A stretch of 64,000 nt of DNA, taken from the NCBI GenBank assembly GCA_963777955.1, contig CAVZSQ010000019.1, positions 416,001 to 480,000 on the forward strand. The letters run 5' to 3'. This DNA comes from Calditrichia bacterium (GTDB lineage: Bacteria > Calditrichota > Calditrichia > JAJRVZ01). The translations under genes were made by a program, and so were the position numbers. The stretch's first letter is position 1; every line of letters starts with the position of its first letter. Below the pieces are notes generated by a model, which was not told the DNA's origin, searched no databases, and saw nothing but the letters and a program-made list of their open reading frames with translations. Positions 9,962-18,700 of this stretch are shown piece after piece.

Positions 9962-11401
9962 GTGGATAAAATATTTAAAATTGCCCTGGTTGATCCTTTG
10001 CTGGCAGGCCGTCCGCAGTACATACCCACCGGTTTGTGTTATCTCAGCGCCTATCTGAAACGTGCTCTGGCTGCTAAAGTTGAAATCAGAATTATGTCTT
10101 TATCTATTTTAAACCTGGAGCAATTATTTAATTTCAATCCGGATCTGATTGGTTTTTCTGCCCTGACTCATAATTTTAACATGGTCCGGAAAATGGCCAG
10201 TGAAATCAAGAAAACCGTAAAAAATGTACCGCTGGTACTAGGCGGACAGCATATCTCCATGGCGCCCTGGTCCATGCCGGCAGAATTTGACTATGCCATA
10301 CTGGGTGAAGGGGAAGAAGCCTTTTTAATATTTGTACAGGCACTGCTGTCAGATTCTGTTAAGAACAAAACAAGCTGGCCCGGTGCTCAGTTCTGGGAAA
10401 ATGGCAAATTGACAACTGTGCCCAAATTAGGACTTATCGAACCGTTAGATAATATCCCATTTCCAGACCGGGACAGTGTGGCAGATATCGAATCGATCAT
10501 TACACTGGACAGTTACAGAAGATTCAATAAATCCGGTTTGCGCAGCATGCAAGTCACCACCTCGCGTGGTTGTCCTTATAAATGCAAATTTTGCCAGCCT
10601 TCCATAATGTGGGATAAATTTCGCCTGCATTCGCCGGAATATATAGCCGAGGAAATAAACTTTATCGTTTCACGCTACGGCATCAAGGCTATTCATTTTG
10701 AAGATGATCTGTTCGTGAGTAATAAAAACCGTATTGCGGCTTTAATTGATCAGCTTGGCAAAAAAAATCTATTGAATAAGATAGTATACTATGCTGCCGG
10801 AAGAACCCGGCAGATCGACAATGAATGGCTTACCCTGCTCAAAAAGTTAGGAGTGGTCAAATTAGAGTTTGGTATCGAGTCCGGTTCCGATGCAGTAGCG
10901 CAATATCTTAAAAGCGGAGCAACTTCAAATGAGATCACTAAATCTACAATCCAGCTATTGAACCAGGCCGGTATCACCGTCTACGCTTCATTTATAGCCG
11001 GTTCACCTACTGAATCAACGACTGATCTGCAACAAACCTGGCAATTGATAAAATGGATCAAGCGTAATCATCCACACAACAGTTGCGGATTATCATTAGC
11101 CACTCCCCTGCCCGGCACGCAATTGTGGGACTATGCTGTACAAAACAGTATCATCAATCCGGCAGATATAAACTGGGATAAACTTAATTCGCTGGCAAAA
11201 TTTCCTGCAGATGAATCAAAGTATTATCACCTGAACAACAGAATTGAGCCCGGAAAACTTTTGAGAAAGGTTCGCTTTATAAACTTCCTGATGTGGCTGG
11301 GAACACCGTCAGAATTTTTATTTTCAATCCCCAGAAGAATTATGAAAATACCTGCCAAACTGATCGCTCTCTTACACCGTCTTCTTTTTATGACGGATTA
11401 A
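9962..11401 (+). CDS. Cobalamin-binding radical SAM enzyme
   Basis: B12-binding VLGGQH..GEGEE; TSRGCPYKCKFC (CxxxCxxC); FGIESGS; TPLPGT. Confidence 0.9.
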   Translation: MDKIFKIALVDPLLAGRPQYIPTGLCYLSAYLKRALAAKVEIRIMSLSILNLEQLFNFNPDLIGFSALTHNFNMVRKMASEIKKTVKNVPLVLGGQHISMAPWSMPAEFDYAILGEGEEAFLIFVQALLSDSVKNKTSWPGAQFWENGKLTTVPKLGLIEPLDNIPFPDRDSVADIESIITLDSYRRFNKSGLRSMQVTTSRGCPYKCKFCQPSIMWDKFRLHSPEYIAEEINFIVSRYGIKAIHFEDDLFVSNKNRIAALIDQLGKKNLLNKIVYYAAGRTRQIDNEWLTLLKKLGVVKLEFGIESGSDAVAQYLKSGATSNEITKSTIQLLNQAGITVYASFIAGSPTESTTDLQQTWQLIKWIKRNHPHNSCGLSLATPLPGTQLWDYAVQNSIINPADINWDKLNSLAKFPADESKYYHLNNRIEPGKLLRKVRFINFLMWLGTPSEFLFSIPRRIMKIPAKLIALLHRLLFMTD

Positions 11402-12364
11402 CAGCCAGATAAAAAATGGTCCGCCCAGCAGAGCCGTAACGATGCCCACTGGTAACTCAGCCGGAGTAATTATCGTGCGGGCCAGGGTATCGCACCAGAC
11501 CAGAAAAATTCCGCCCACCAGCGGTGCAGAAAATAAAAGTCTATGATGATCGGGACCGACCAGCAGCCTGACCAGATGCGGGATAATCAAACCCACAAAT
11601 CCGATCGGTCCGGCCAGGGCCACAACCATCCCTACCAATAAAGCTGTTCCAAAAAAAGACCGTTTCTGCAGCCGGTAAAGATCGACCCCTTTACTTAAGG
11701 CCATTTCCCGCCCGGCCGTGAGGATGTTCAAAGCCCGCGACTGGTTCAAGAAATATATGAAGGCCAGAAATACCGGAATAACCAGAATTCCATTATAAAT
11801 CCAGCCGGTCGTCTGTAATCCGCCCATCAGCCAGTGGATCATGCGGTAAGTTTCGGTGAAATCGGCCAGGTAGTGTATGAATAAAATCAGCGAGGAAAAG
11901 AGCAGGCTGATAGTTACCCCGGTTAATACCAGGGTAACAGCAGACATACCCCGTTGGCCCCGCGCTATCAAATAAATAATAAAAACCGTACCCAGGCTGC
12001 CCAGCATGGAAAACAGTACCGTACTGCTCATACCCAGATAGGTTATCTCCAATCCTGATTTAATTGCCAGCACGGCTCCCAGGGCTCCACCGGAGGAGAC
12101 CCCCAGCGTATAAGGTGTAGCCAGGTCGTTTCGCAGCAGAGCCTGAAAAACAGCACCCACCAGGGTTAACGAGAATCCTACCAGAAAAGCGAACAGTACC
12201 CGCGGCAAGCGAAGATTTAAGAAGATATCCTGTTCCAGAGAGGAATGAAACAAAGCTGGCAGCGGAATGGCCAGGCTGCCGAGCAAAGGTGCCAGAACCA
12301 ATGTAAACACCGTCAACGCAATCAATGAGACAAAAATCAGTCGCCAGGATAAATTGTTCTGCAT
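11372..12364 (-). CDS. btuC: BtuC/FecCD family ABC permease (cobalamin import)
   Basis: LRLPRV, FQALLRNDLATPYTLGVSSG, GPIGFVGLIIPH, ELPVGIVTALLGGPFF; downstream of cobalamin riboswitch. Confidence 0.85.
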   Translation of the reverse strand: MQNNLSWRLIFVSLIALTVFTLVLAPLLGSLAIPLPALFHSSLEQDIFLNLRLPRVLFAFLVGFSLTLVGAVFQALLRNDLATPYTLGVSSGGALGAVLAIKSGLEITYLGMSSTVLFSMLGSLGTVFIIYLIARGQRGMSAVTLVLTGVTISLLFSSLILFIHYLADFTETYRMIHWLMGGLQTTGWIYNGILVIPVFLAFIYFLNQSRALNILTAGREMALSKGVDLYRLQKRSFFGTALLVGMVVALAGPIGFVGLIIPHLVRLLVGPDHHRLLFSAPLVGGIFLVWCDTLARTIITPAELPVGIVTALLGGPFFIWLLIRHKKKTV

Positions 12365-12367
12365 AGG

Positions 12368-13135
12368 TCAGGCGTAGGGTAAAATATAGAGACTGTTGGT
12401 AATCGGATTGATATCAATATACACTTTTACACCGAAAGTATTTTGCAGTACTTTAAACTTCAACACCTCGTCCGGTTTGCCATCACTTATGATTCGCCCC
12501 TGGTACAACAGTACCATGCGGTTACAATACTGGGCGGCCAGGTTGATGTCATGGGTAACGATAATAACCGTAAGGTTCTTCGTTTTTTGCTGTTCTTGCA
12601 GAATCTGGTAAATGGCAATCTGATGGTGCAAATCCAGCGCTGTTGTCGGTTCGTCCAGCAACAGTATTTTTGGTTCCTGGGCCAGCGCACTGGCGATCAG
12701 AACCCGTTGTTTTTCACCACCGCTTAATTCATTAAAATAACGTTCACGGAAATCCTGTACTTCCATCAATGTTAAAACACGGTCAATGACCTGTTCGTCG
12801 GCAGGACTGTAATAGCCAATACCCTTTACATGCGGATAGCGGCCCATGCGCACCACCTCATCAACCGTATAAGCAAATGAAAATTCCGTGTCCTGGGGGA
12901 GATAGGCAACCTGCCGGGCTAACTGTTTACGGGTGTATTCAGCCAGAATTTTATCCTGCAGAACGACTTCACCCTGCGGCTCCACCAGACCATCGATGAT
13001 TTTCAGCAGCGTTGATTTTCCGGCGCCATTAGGACCGATAATCGCCACAAATTCGTCAGTGGATACAAAAAAATTTAACCCATCCAGTATCCTTCTGGAG
13101 CCATAATTAAATTTGATATTCTTCAGTTCCAGCAT
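12368..13135 (-). CDS. btuD: ABC ATPase, BtuD/FecE type
   Basis: GPNGAGKST, LSGGEKQRV, LLLDEPT, THDINLA. Confidence 0.85.
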   Translation of the reverse strand: MLELKNIKFNYGSRRILDGLNFFVSTDEFVAIIGPNGAGKSTLLKIIDGLVEPQGEVVLQDKILAEYTRKQLARQVAYLPQDTEFSFAYTVDEVVRMGRYPHVKGIGYYSPADEQVIDRVLTLMEVQDFRERYFNELSGGEKQRVLIASALAQEPKILLLDEPTTALDLHHQIAIYQILQEQQKTKNLTVIIVTHDINLAAQYCNRMVLLYQGRIISDGKPDEVLKFKVLQNTFGVKVYIDINPITNSLYILPYA

Positions 13136-13136
13136 A

Positions 13137-14024
13137 CTATTTTGTCACCTGCTCGATGAGCTTATTGAAGTCCAGCGCTAATAAGTAAAATCTGGGTCCC
13201 GGAATAAAGACATAATCTCCGCCGATGGTATATATGTTCCCTTTTTTCACTGCATCAACCTCTTTTAAATACTGCCATTCCGGTTCATCGTTGCAGGTAT
13301 ATATTCCCCCGGGACGATTCGGGTCGAACTGAATAATCGCCTGCGGATTTCGTTGAATAATAGATTCCAGATTAACCGTGGAATAATGGACCGGCAGATC
13401 GGCAAAGACATTGATTCCGCCGGCCATAGTCCACAATTCATTCAGAAAGGTTTCACGACCCGCCACCATCAGGTTCTGCAGGGAGCCGGTTTCTTTCCCG
13501 ATAACCAGCATAGCCGCCAGCGGTTGGTGTTGCCGTTTCTTGCTGCCGAGTAAAAGTATATACTGGTCAATACGTCCGATTAAATTTTGTGCCTCAGTTT
13601 CATACCCCAGAATTTGCCCCAGGGTGTCGATTGTATGGAAAATATCCACTACGGTTTCATTCGGCAGCATCACGACAGGCAAATTAAACTGCCGCAGATC
13701 ATGATCAAGTTTTTTATGAGCGGGAGTGCCAAGCAGTAATGTGGGTTTCAAACTGACCAGTTTTTCAATATTCGGATCAAACAGACCGCCGATCTTCGCT
13801 TTCTGTTGTGCCTGAACCGGGTATTTACAAAAAGTGGTAACTGCCACCAAATCATGCTCTGCACCCAGAGCGTAAATGATTTCTGTAATATGCGGAGATA
13901 AAGAAATGATCCGTCTTTCCTGGCCGTACTGCTTAGTATTATTATTACAGGATGTGACCAGGATAATTACCAGGAAAATATAAAATAGATATCTTATTGT
14001 ATTTTTCACTATAACTTCAGCCAA
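13137..14024 (-). CDS. btuF: Cobalamin-binding lipoprotein (helical-backbone substrate-binding protein)
   Basis: Lipobox LVTSC; RIISLSPHITEIIYALG; NIEKLVSLKP; PGPR; start TTG 14024 or GTG 14009. Confidence 0.8.
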   Translation of the reverse strand: MAEVIVKNTIRYLFYIFLVIILVTSCNNNTKQYGQERRIISLSPHITEIIYALGAEHDLVAVTTFCKYPVQAQQKAKIGGLFDPNIEKLVSLKPTLLLGTPAHKKLDHDLRQFNLPVVMLPNETVVDIFHTIDTLGQILGYETEAQNLIGRIDQYILLLGSKKRQHQPLAAMLVIGKETGSLQNLMVAGRETFLNELWTMAGGINVFADLPVHYSTVNLESIIQRNPQAIIQFDPNRPGGIYTCNDEPEWQYLKEVDAVKKGNIYTIGGDYVFIPGPRFYLLALDFNKLIEQVTK

Positions 14025-14054
14025 CCCACCCGCGCAGGTTATTTTTGAATATTC

Positions 14055-14222
14055 ATTTCAACCGGTTTCCTGGCTCAGGCTTCACCCTACTCTTCTTACC
14101 TTCCCACCCGGCAGCCGCCGGGCAGTGGTACCTTTAGAATTTCGTCGGCCTTCACAGTTGCGGGGCAGCGGCGGATTCACACCGCACTTCCCGTACATTG
14201 AAATGTTTAACACCGCTTAGCC
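14055..14222 (-). ncRNA. Cobalamin (AdoCbl) riboswitch
   Basis: Minus strand GGGAAGTGCGGTGTGAATCCGCCGCTGCCCCGCAACTGT ... CCACTG ... GGGAAG ... GAGCCAGGAAACC (B12 box), directly upstream of btuF. Confidence 0.95.
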
Positions 14223-14313
14223 TAATTTTTAAATTTAGATGTATTAGAATCCAAATGCAATTGATTTGAGGCAGCCTGGACATCTCCGGCTCGCTTTAAT
14301 AACAATAATGCGC

Positions 14314-14376
14314 TTGCAATAATCTGTAATTATTATTATATTATCTTTATTCTTAAATAGTAATTATTCTTATTTA
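14314..14376 (+). promoter_or_regulatory. Sigma70-like promoter with overlapping Per/Fur-box-like sites
   Basis: TTGCAA-17bp-TATATT (14314-14342); CTGTAATTATTATTA and TAGTAATTATTCTTA resemble TTATAATNATTATAA. Confidence 0.6.
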
Positions 14377-14385
14377 GAGGAAATC

Positions 14386-14808
14386 ATGAACACCTTGGCC
14401 ATCCGGGATAAATTGCGATCGGTACATTTAAAAGTCACACCACAACGTCTGGCGATATACGAGGCAATTTACGAACTTGGCAATCACCCGACTGTTGAAC
14501 AAATTATCACTTATATCAAAAACAGTTATCCCAATATCGCCACCGGTACAGTCTATTCTGCCCTGGAAACATTTGTGGCCAGGGGCCTGATTATGAAAGT
14601 CAAAACCGATGATGAGCTGAGGCGTTATGATGCCATACTGACCAAACACCACCATCTCTATTGCGCCAAATCAGATAAGATCGAGGACTATGAGGATGAA
14701 AAACTCGATACCCTGCTGATTAAATATTTCAAGAATAAACATATACCCGGCTTTACTATTAAAGATATTAAACTGCAAATAGTCGGTATATTTAATAAAA
14801 ATCATTAA
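14386..14808 (+). CDS. perR: Fur-family repressor, probably PerR
   Basis: LKVTPQRLAI, HPT, TVYSALETF, RYDA..KHHHL; heads a peroxide-defence operon. Confidence 0.8.
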   Translation: MNTLAIRDKLRSVHLKVTPQRLAIYEAIYELGNHPTVEQIITYIKNSYPNIATGTVYSALETFVARGLIMKVKTDDELRRYDAILTKHHHLYCAKSDKIEDYEDEKLDTLLIKYFKNKHIPGFTIKDIKLQIVGIFNKNH

Positions 14809-14828
14809 CGACAACAAAGGGGATTGAA

Positions 14829-15341
14829 ATGGGAAAACAAGCCGTTGATATTTTGTCAATCGATGTCCCGCGCCTGGTTAAAATGCTGAACGCTGCGCTG
14901 GCCGAAGAGTGGCTGGCCTATTATCAGTACTGGATCGGAGCCCGCCTGATGGAAGGACCGATGCGCAGTGAAATTGAACCGGAATTATTATTGCATGCAA
15001 CCCAGGAACTGAACCATGCGGTTTTAGTTGTCGACCGCATTATCCAACTGGGCGGAAACCCGGTGCTCCATCCTCAGGACTGGTTTAAACTGAGCCGCTG
15101 TAAGTATGACGCACCGGCAGATCCTTACGTGGAAGTAATTCTGGAACAGAACCTGCAGGGAGAACGCTGTGCCATCCAGCGCTATAAAGAGATCGCCGAT
15201 TACACCAGCGGGAAGGATCATACCACGCACCAGATGTCGACAACTATATTGAACGAGGAACTGGAGCATGAAAATGATATCGAAGACTGGCTGACCGATA
15301 TCAAACGAATGAAACAGGAATTTAAGAAAATAAGAATGTAA
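14829..15341 (+). CDS. DPS-like ferritin, bacterial (Bacteroides-type) DPSL
   Basis: LNAALAEEWLAYYQYW, ELNHA..DRIIQLGG, Cys pair RCKYD / ERCAI, EELEHE. Confidence 0.85.
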   Translation: MGKQAVDILSIDVPRLVKMLNAALAEEWLAYYQYWIGARLMEGPMRSEIEPELLLHATQELNHAVLVVDRIIQLGGNPVLHPQDWFKLSRCKYDAPADPYVEVILEQNLQGERCAIQRYKEIADYTSGKDHTTHQMSTTILNEELEHENDIEDWLTDIKRMKQEFKKIRM

Positions 15342-15360
15342 ACGCCCGAAAGGAAAATTT

Positions 15361-16098
15361 ATGGAACAAAAAAACGCATCAGCACCTGCTATCACCGGCA
15401 GCGAATCTTTTGCCATGCCGCGAATCGGCGACGATGCACCTTCATTTAAAGCCGTTACCACCCAGGGAGAAATTAATTTCCCGCAGGATTACAAAGGTAA
15501 ATGGGTAATTCTGTTCAGTCACCCGGCCGATTTTACACCGGTGTGCACATCGGAGTTCATTACCTTTGCTTACCAGGAAGATGAATTCAGAGCCCTGAAT
15601 TGCCAGTTGGTCGGACTTTCCATCGATGGACTTTACAGTCATATCGCCTGGCTGCGCACCATCAAAGAAAAAATTGAATTCAAGGGAATGAAAAACGTCG
15701 AAGTGAAATTTCCACTGATCGAGGATATTACCATGGAAGTGGCCAAGAGGTATGGCATGATCCAACCAGGTGAAAGCAATACCAAAGCCGTCCGCGCGGT
15801 TTTCTTTGTCGATTCGAAAGGAAAAATCAGAGCAATCATCTATTATCCGCTCTCGCTGGGCCGCAACTTTGATGAACTCAAGCGCGTACTGATTGCCCTG
15901 CAGACCGCCGACAATTTTTCTATCGCCACTCCGGCGGATTGGCGTCCGGGTGATGATGTTATCGTACCACCGGCCGGATCCTGCGGCACCGCCAAAGATC
16001 GTATGGATGGTAAAGAAGCGGGGGTCACCTGTAAAGACTGGTTCTTCTGTACTAAAAAATTGTCAAAAGAAAAAGTAATGGAAGCGCTTAAAAAGTAA
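15361..16098 (+). CDS. Peroxiredoxin (Prx6 subfamily with extra C-terminal Cys)
   Basis: FSHPADFTPVCTSE, GRNFDE, TPADWRPG, CKDWFFC. Confidence 0.95.
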   Translation: MEQKNASAPAITGSESFAMPRIGDDAPSFKAVTTQGEINFPQDYKGKWVILFSHPADFTPVCTSEFITFAYQEDEFRALNCQLVGLSIDGLYSHIAWLRTIKEKIEFKGMKNVEVKFPLIEDITMEVAKRYGMIQPGESNTKAVRAVFFVDSKGKIRAIIYYPLSLGRNFDELKRVLIALQTADNFSIATPADWRPGDDVIVPPAGSCGTAKDRMDGKEAGVTCKDWFFCTKKLSKEKVMEALKK

Positions 16099-16190
16099 AA
16101 TTGTTATTATCCTGTTAAGTAAAAATGAATTGAACATTGTATTTATATATTTAATTAAACCTTAAATAAAACAAAGAAAGGGGATTATGT

Positions 16191-16742
16191 ATGGCCAAAG
16201 TAGCACGGGAAATGGTAGAAAAAGCGGGGGTAAATGTTGACCAGTTGGTTGAGTTGCTGGTCAAGAATGCCGCCGCAGAACTTACTACTTTTTATTATTA
16301 CACCATTCTGCGGGTAAACCTGATTGGACTCGAGGGGGAAGGGATTAAGGAAATTGCCGAGACCGCGCGTATCGAAGACCGCAATCATTTTGAAGCGCTG
16401 GTTCCGCGTATTTATGAACTGGGCGGGAAGTTACCCGAAAACATGAAGACTTTTCATGACATGTCAGCCTGCCCACCGGCTAACCTGCCCAAGGATCCTA
16501 CCGACATCAAAGCTATGCTGAAAGTGCTGGTGGAAGCCGAACGCTGTGCAGTACGGGGTTATACTCACATCTGTAACATTACCGCTGGGAAAGATCACCG
16601 TACCTATGCCCTGTCACTGGCGATCCTGAATGAGGAAATCGAACATGAATCCTGGTTTTCCGAATTTCTGGGTGAAGGACCGTCCGGTCACTTCATGCGT
16701 CGCGGTGAAACCTCGCCTTTTGTCGATAAGTTCATGAGATAG
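16191..16742 (+). CDS. dps: DPS-like ferritin, archaeal (Pyrococcus/Sulfolobus-type) DPSL
   Basis: AAAELTTFYYYTILR, EDRNHFEALVPRIYELGG, SAC / AERCA Cys pair, EEIEHESWF, PSGHF. Confidence 0.88.
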   Translation: MAKVAREMVEKAGVNVDQLVELLVKNAAAELTTFYYYTILRVNLIGLEGEGIKEIAETARIEDRNHFEALVPRIYELGGKLPENMKTFHDMSACPPANLPKDPTDIKAMLKVLVEAERCAVRGYTHICNITAGKDHRTYALSLAILNEEIEHESWFSEFLGEGPSGHFMRRGETSPFVDKFMR

Positions 16743-16758
16743 TTTAACCGGAACTCAG

Positions 16759-16797
16759 CGGGAAGACTGTTTTTAATGTCCGGTCTTCCCGTTTTTT
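16759..16797 (+). terminator. Rho-independent terminator
   Basis: CGGGAAGAC...GTCTTCCCG followed by TTTTTT. Confidence 0.75.
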
Positions 16798-16809
16798 AAA
16801 GAATCTGGA

Positions 16810-17052
16810 ATGATGGGCCAACAAAAATTTACCATAGCAGATTTAAAAAAGTATGATGGACAAAACGGATCACCAGCCTACGTTGCCTTTAAAGGAATCG
16901 TCTATGACGTATCACTTAGTTATCACTGGCGGGATGGCAAGCACTGGGTAGAACATCGGGCCGGTACCGATTTGACTGCAGAAATGGCACAGGCGCCGCA
17001 CGGTGCTGATTTACTCGAGACTTTTCCTGTTGTAGGCGAATTGATTGAATAA
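16810..17052 (+). CDS. Cytochrome b5-like heme/steroid-binding protein
   Basis: LKKYDGQNG.PAYVAFKGIVYDV..W..G.H...H.AG.DLT....APHG. Confidence 0.88.
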   Translation: MMGQQKFTIADLKKYDGQNGSPAYVAFKGIVYDVSLSYHWRDGKHWVEHRAGTDLTAEMAQAPHGADLLETFPVVGELIE

Positions 17053-17111
17053 TAGATCCTGATCTTTTCCTGATTCACGGCAACAGGACCTGAATCTCCT
17101 TCAAACGCTTA

Positions 17112-17732
17112 TTACTTCAGGTACTTCCAATTTCTTACTTTTCCCTTGGCTAACCAGTCCAGGGCTTGCGCAATTCTTTTATCACGGGTATCCTCGCTTT
17201 TGGCTTCCTGGAACCACTCAAGATATTCTTTTTTATTGGAATAACTGAAGTTCTCAAATGTTGCCCTGGCCTGCTTATTCCGCTTCAATACCTGCGAAAA
17301 GTAAACAGGTATTTCTAAATCATTTTTAATTCTATTCGCAGTGCGGGCCGGTAATTTCCTGCCTTCTTTATTCAGTTGCATGGCCTCCCTGATGTACAGC
17401 AACAAGACATCATCCCCGGGTAGATCCTGATCCGAGGCCAGTTTGCCCAAATGTCCCATGGCCTTATCTTTTACCTGCGAAAAAACTTTATGCGTATCGG
17501 ACAACAGGGCGGCTTTCCAGAAAGTAAAGGCACAATGCTGTTTAAAAGCCGCCATACTGCACAGAATCCCATGATACTCAAAATGCGGAAAACCCCATTT
17601 AATAGTTTCCTGAACCTCCGGACAAGCCTGATGCACCAGCTGGCGTAAATGGTTTAAGATCGATCGGGCAAAAGGCGCCGCTTTGGCAATATAGGCATCG
17701 ACCTGTTTATTTTTAGAATTCATGTTTTTCAC
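17112..17732 (-). CDS. YdeI/OmpD-associated (DUF1801) protein
   Basis: VDAYI..LRQLVH..CP..ETIKWGFP; C-terminal FENFSYS.KKEYLEW..EAK..DTR.KRI. Confidence 0.88.
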   Translation of the reverse strand: MKNMNSKNKQVDAYIAKAAPFARSILNHLRQLVHQACPEVQETIKWGFPHFEYHGILCSMAAFKQHCAFTFWKAALLSDTHKVFSQVKDKAMGHLGKLASDQDLPGDDVLLLYIREAMQLNKEGRKLPARTANRIKNDLEIPVYFSQVLKRNKQARATFENFSYSNKKEYLEWFQEAKSEDTRDKRIAQALDWLAKGKVRNWKYLK

Positions 17733-17753
17733 CTGTCTATATAAATTTCACAT

Positions 17754-17908
17754 TCACACCCAGCCATTTTTTCTGTATAACTCATGACCCAGTTCAAGGG
17801 ACTCTTTTATCTGACCCAGGAGTTCAGAATCCAGTTTTTTGATATGGACGCACGATTTACCCTTTTCAATTGTCTAAAAATCTCCTGCCGGGTATCTTTC
17901 TTAGTCAT
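17754..17908 (-). pseudogene. Internally deleted remnant of a DUF1801-like gene
   Basis: MTKKDTRQEIFRQLK start joined out of frame to KGKSCVHIKKLDSELL...GHELYRKNGWV-stop. Confidence 0.55.
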
Positions 17909-18049
17909 TGTGACGATCCTGTTTAGATTCAGAAGCCGAGCTGTTTACAAATTACCAATTACCAATTACTAATATATTTATGGTATTAAACGACAGGTAG
18001 CCTGCAAATATTCTGGGTATGCCAGGTCAAGACGGTTCAGCAAAATTTT

Positions 18050-18478
18050 CTATTTTATCCTGGCTTCTGTTAAAGCTGACAGCAAGGAAGCTCTAAAAAG
18101 ATTATATGACCAGGTGGCACCAGTAATTGCATCGACCTTATTGATATCCTGCACTTTCAATAACCGCCCGGGATAGGTTTGCACACCCTGCCAGTCATTA
18201 CGGCATTGCTGGATATATTCAGGAATGTCCTTGTAATGATTTTCATATTTCTCATCGAAGATTTCATTTTTTGCTTTATCCAGCACCGTAAATTGCACAG
18301 CGGTTATAAGATCGTTTTTGATGACAATTGTGGTGATACCATAATATGACTCGGCGGTGTAGATGGATTGTGACTCGCCCTTATATGTGCCGTCCCGGTA
18401 AATTAATCCGCCGGTGTGGTGGCAGGAAAGGATCTGCATTAGCAGGAATATTATGGACAATCTCATTAAATTTCTCAT
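18050..18478 (-). CDS. FMN-binding domain lipoprotein
   Basis: Lipobox ILSC; YRDGTYKG; VDAITGATWS flavinylation motif. Confidence 0.8.
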   Translation of the reverse strand: MRNLMRLSIIFLLMQILSCHHTGGLIYRDGTYKGESQSIYTAESYYGITTIVIKNDLITAVQFTVLDKAKNEIFDEKYENHYKDIPEYIQQCRNDWQGVQTYPGRLLKVQDINKVDAITGATWSYNLFRASLLSALTEARIK

Positions 18479-18700
18479 TTGATCACTCCTTTAAAGGATT
18501 CTTCATTTGACAGTATAAACTGCAGTAAGATCCCCGCCAACTTGCGATCAAGTGTGCCAGACGCTCTGCGAGAATGACACTTTGTCTCTACTTAGCCGTA
18601 GGTCTCCGATCTTTGTCTTAATAACCCTCCCCAAAATCCCCTCCCTTATATTTAAGGGAGGGGACATAGGGGGGGGTATTTTATGCCTTAGTGCTTTTTT

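Noticed and set aside
18541..18560. Minus-strand sigma54 promoter TGGCACA...TCGC upstream of the FMN-binding gene
   Set aside because: GG-to-GC spacing is one base off and the site lies within a repeat element.
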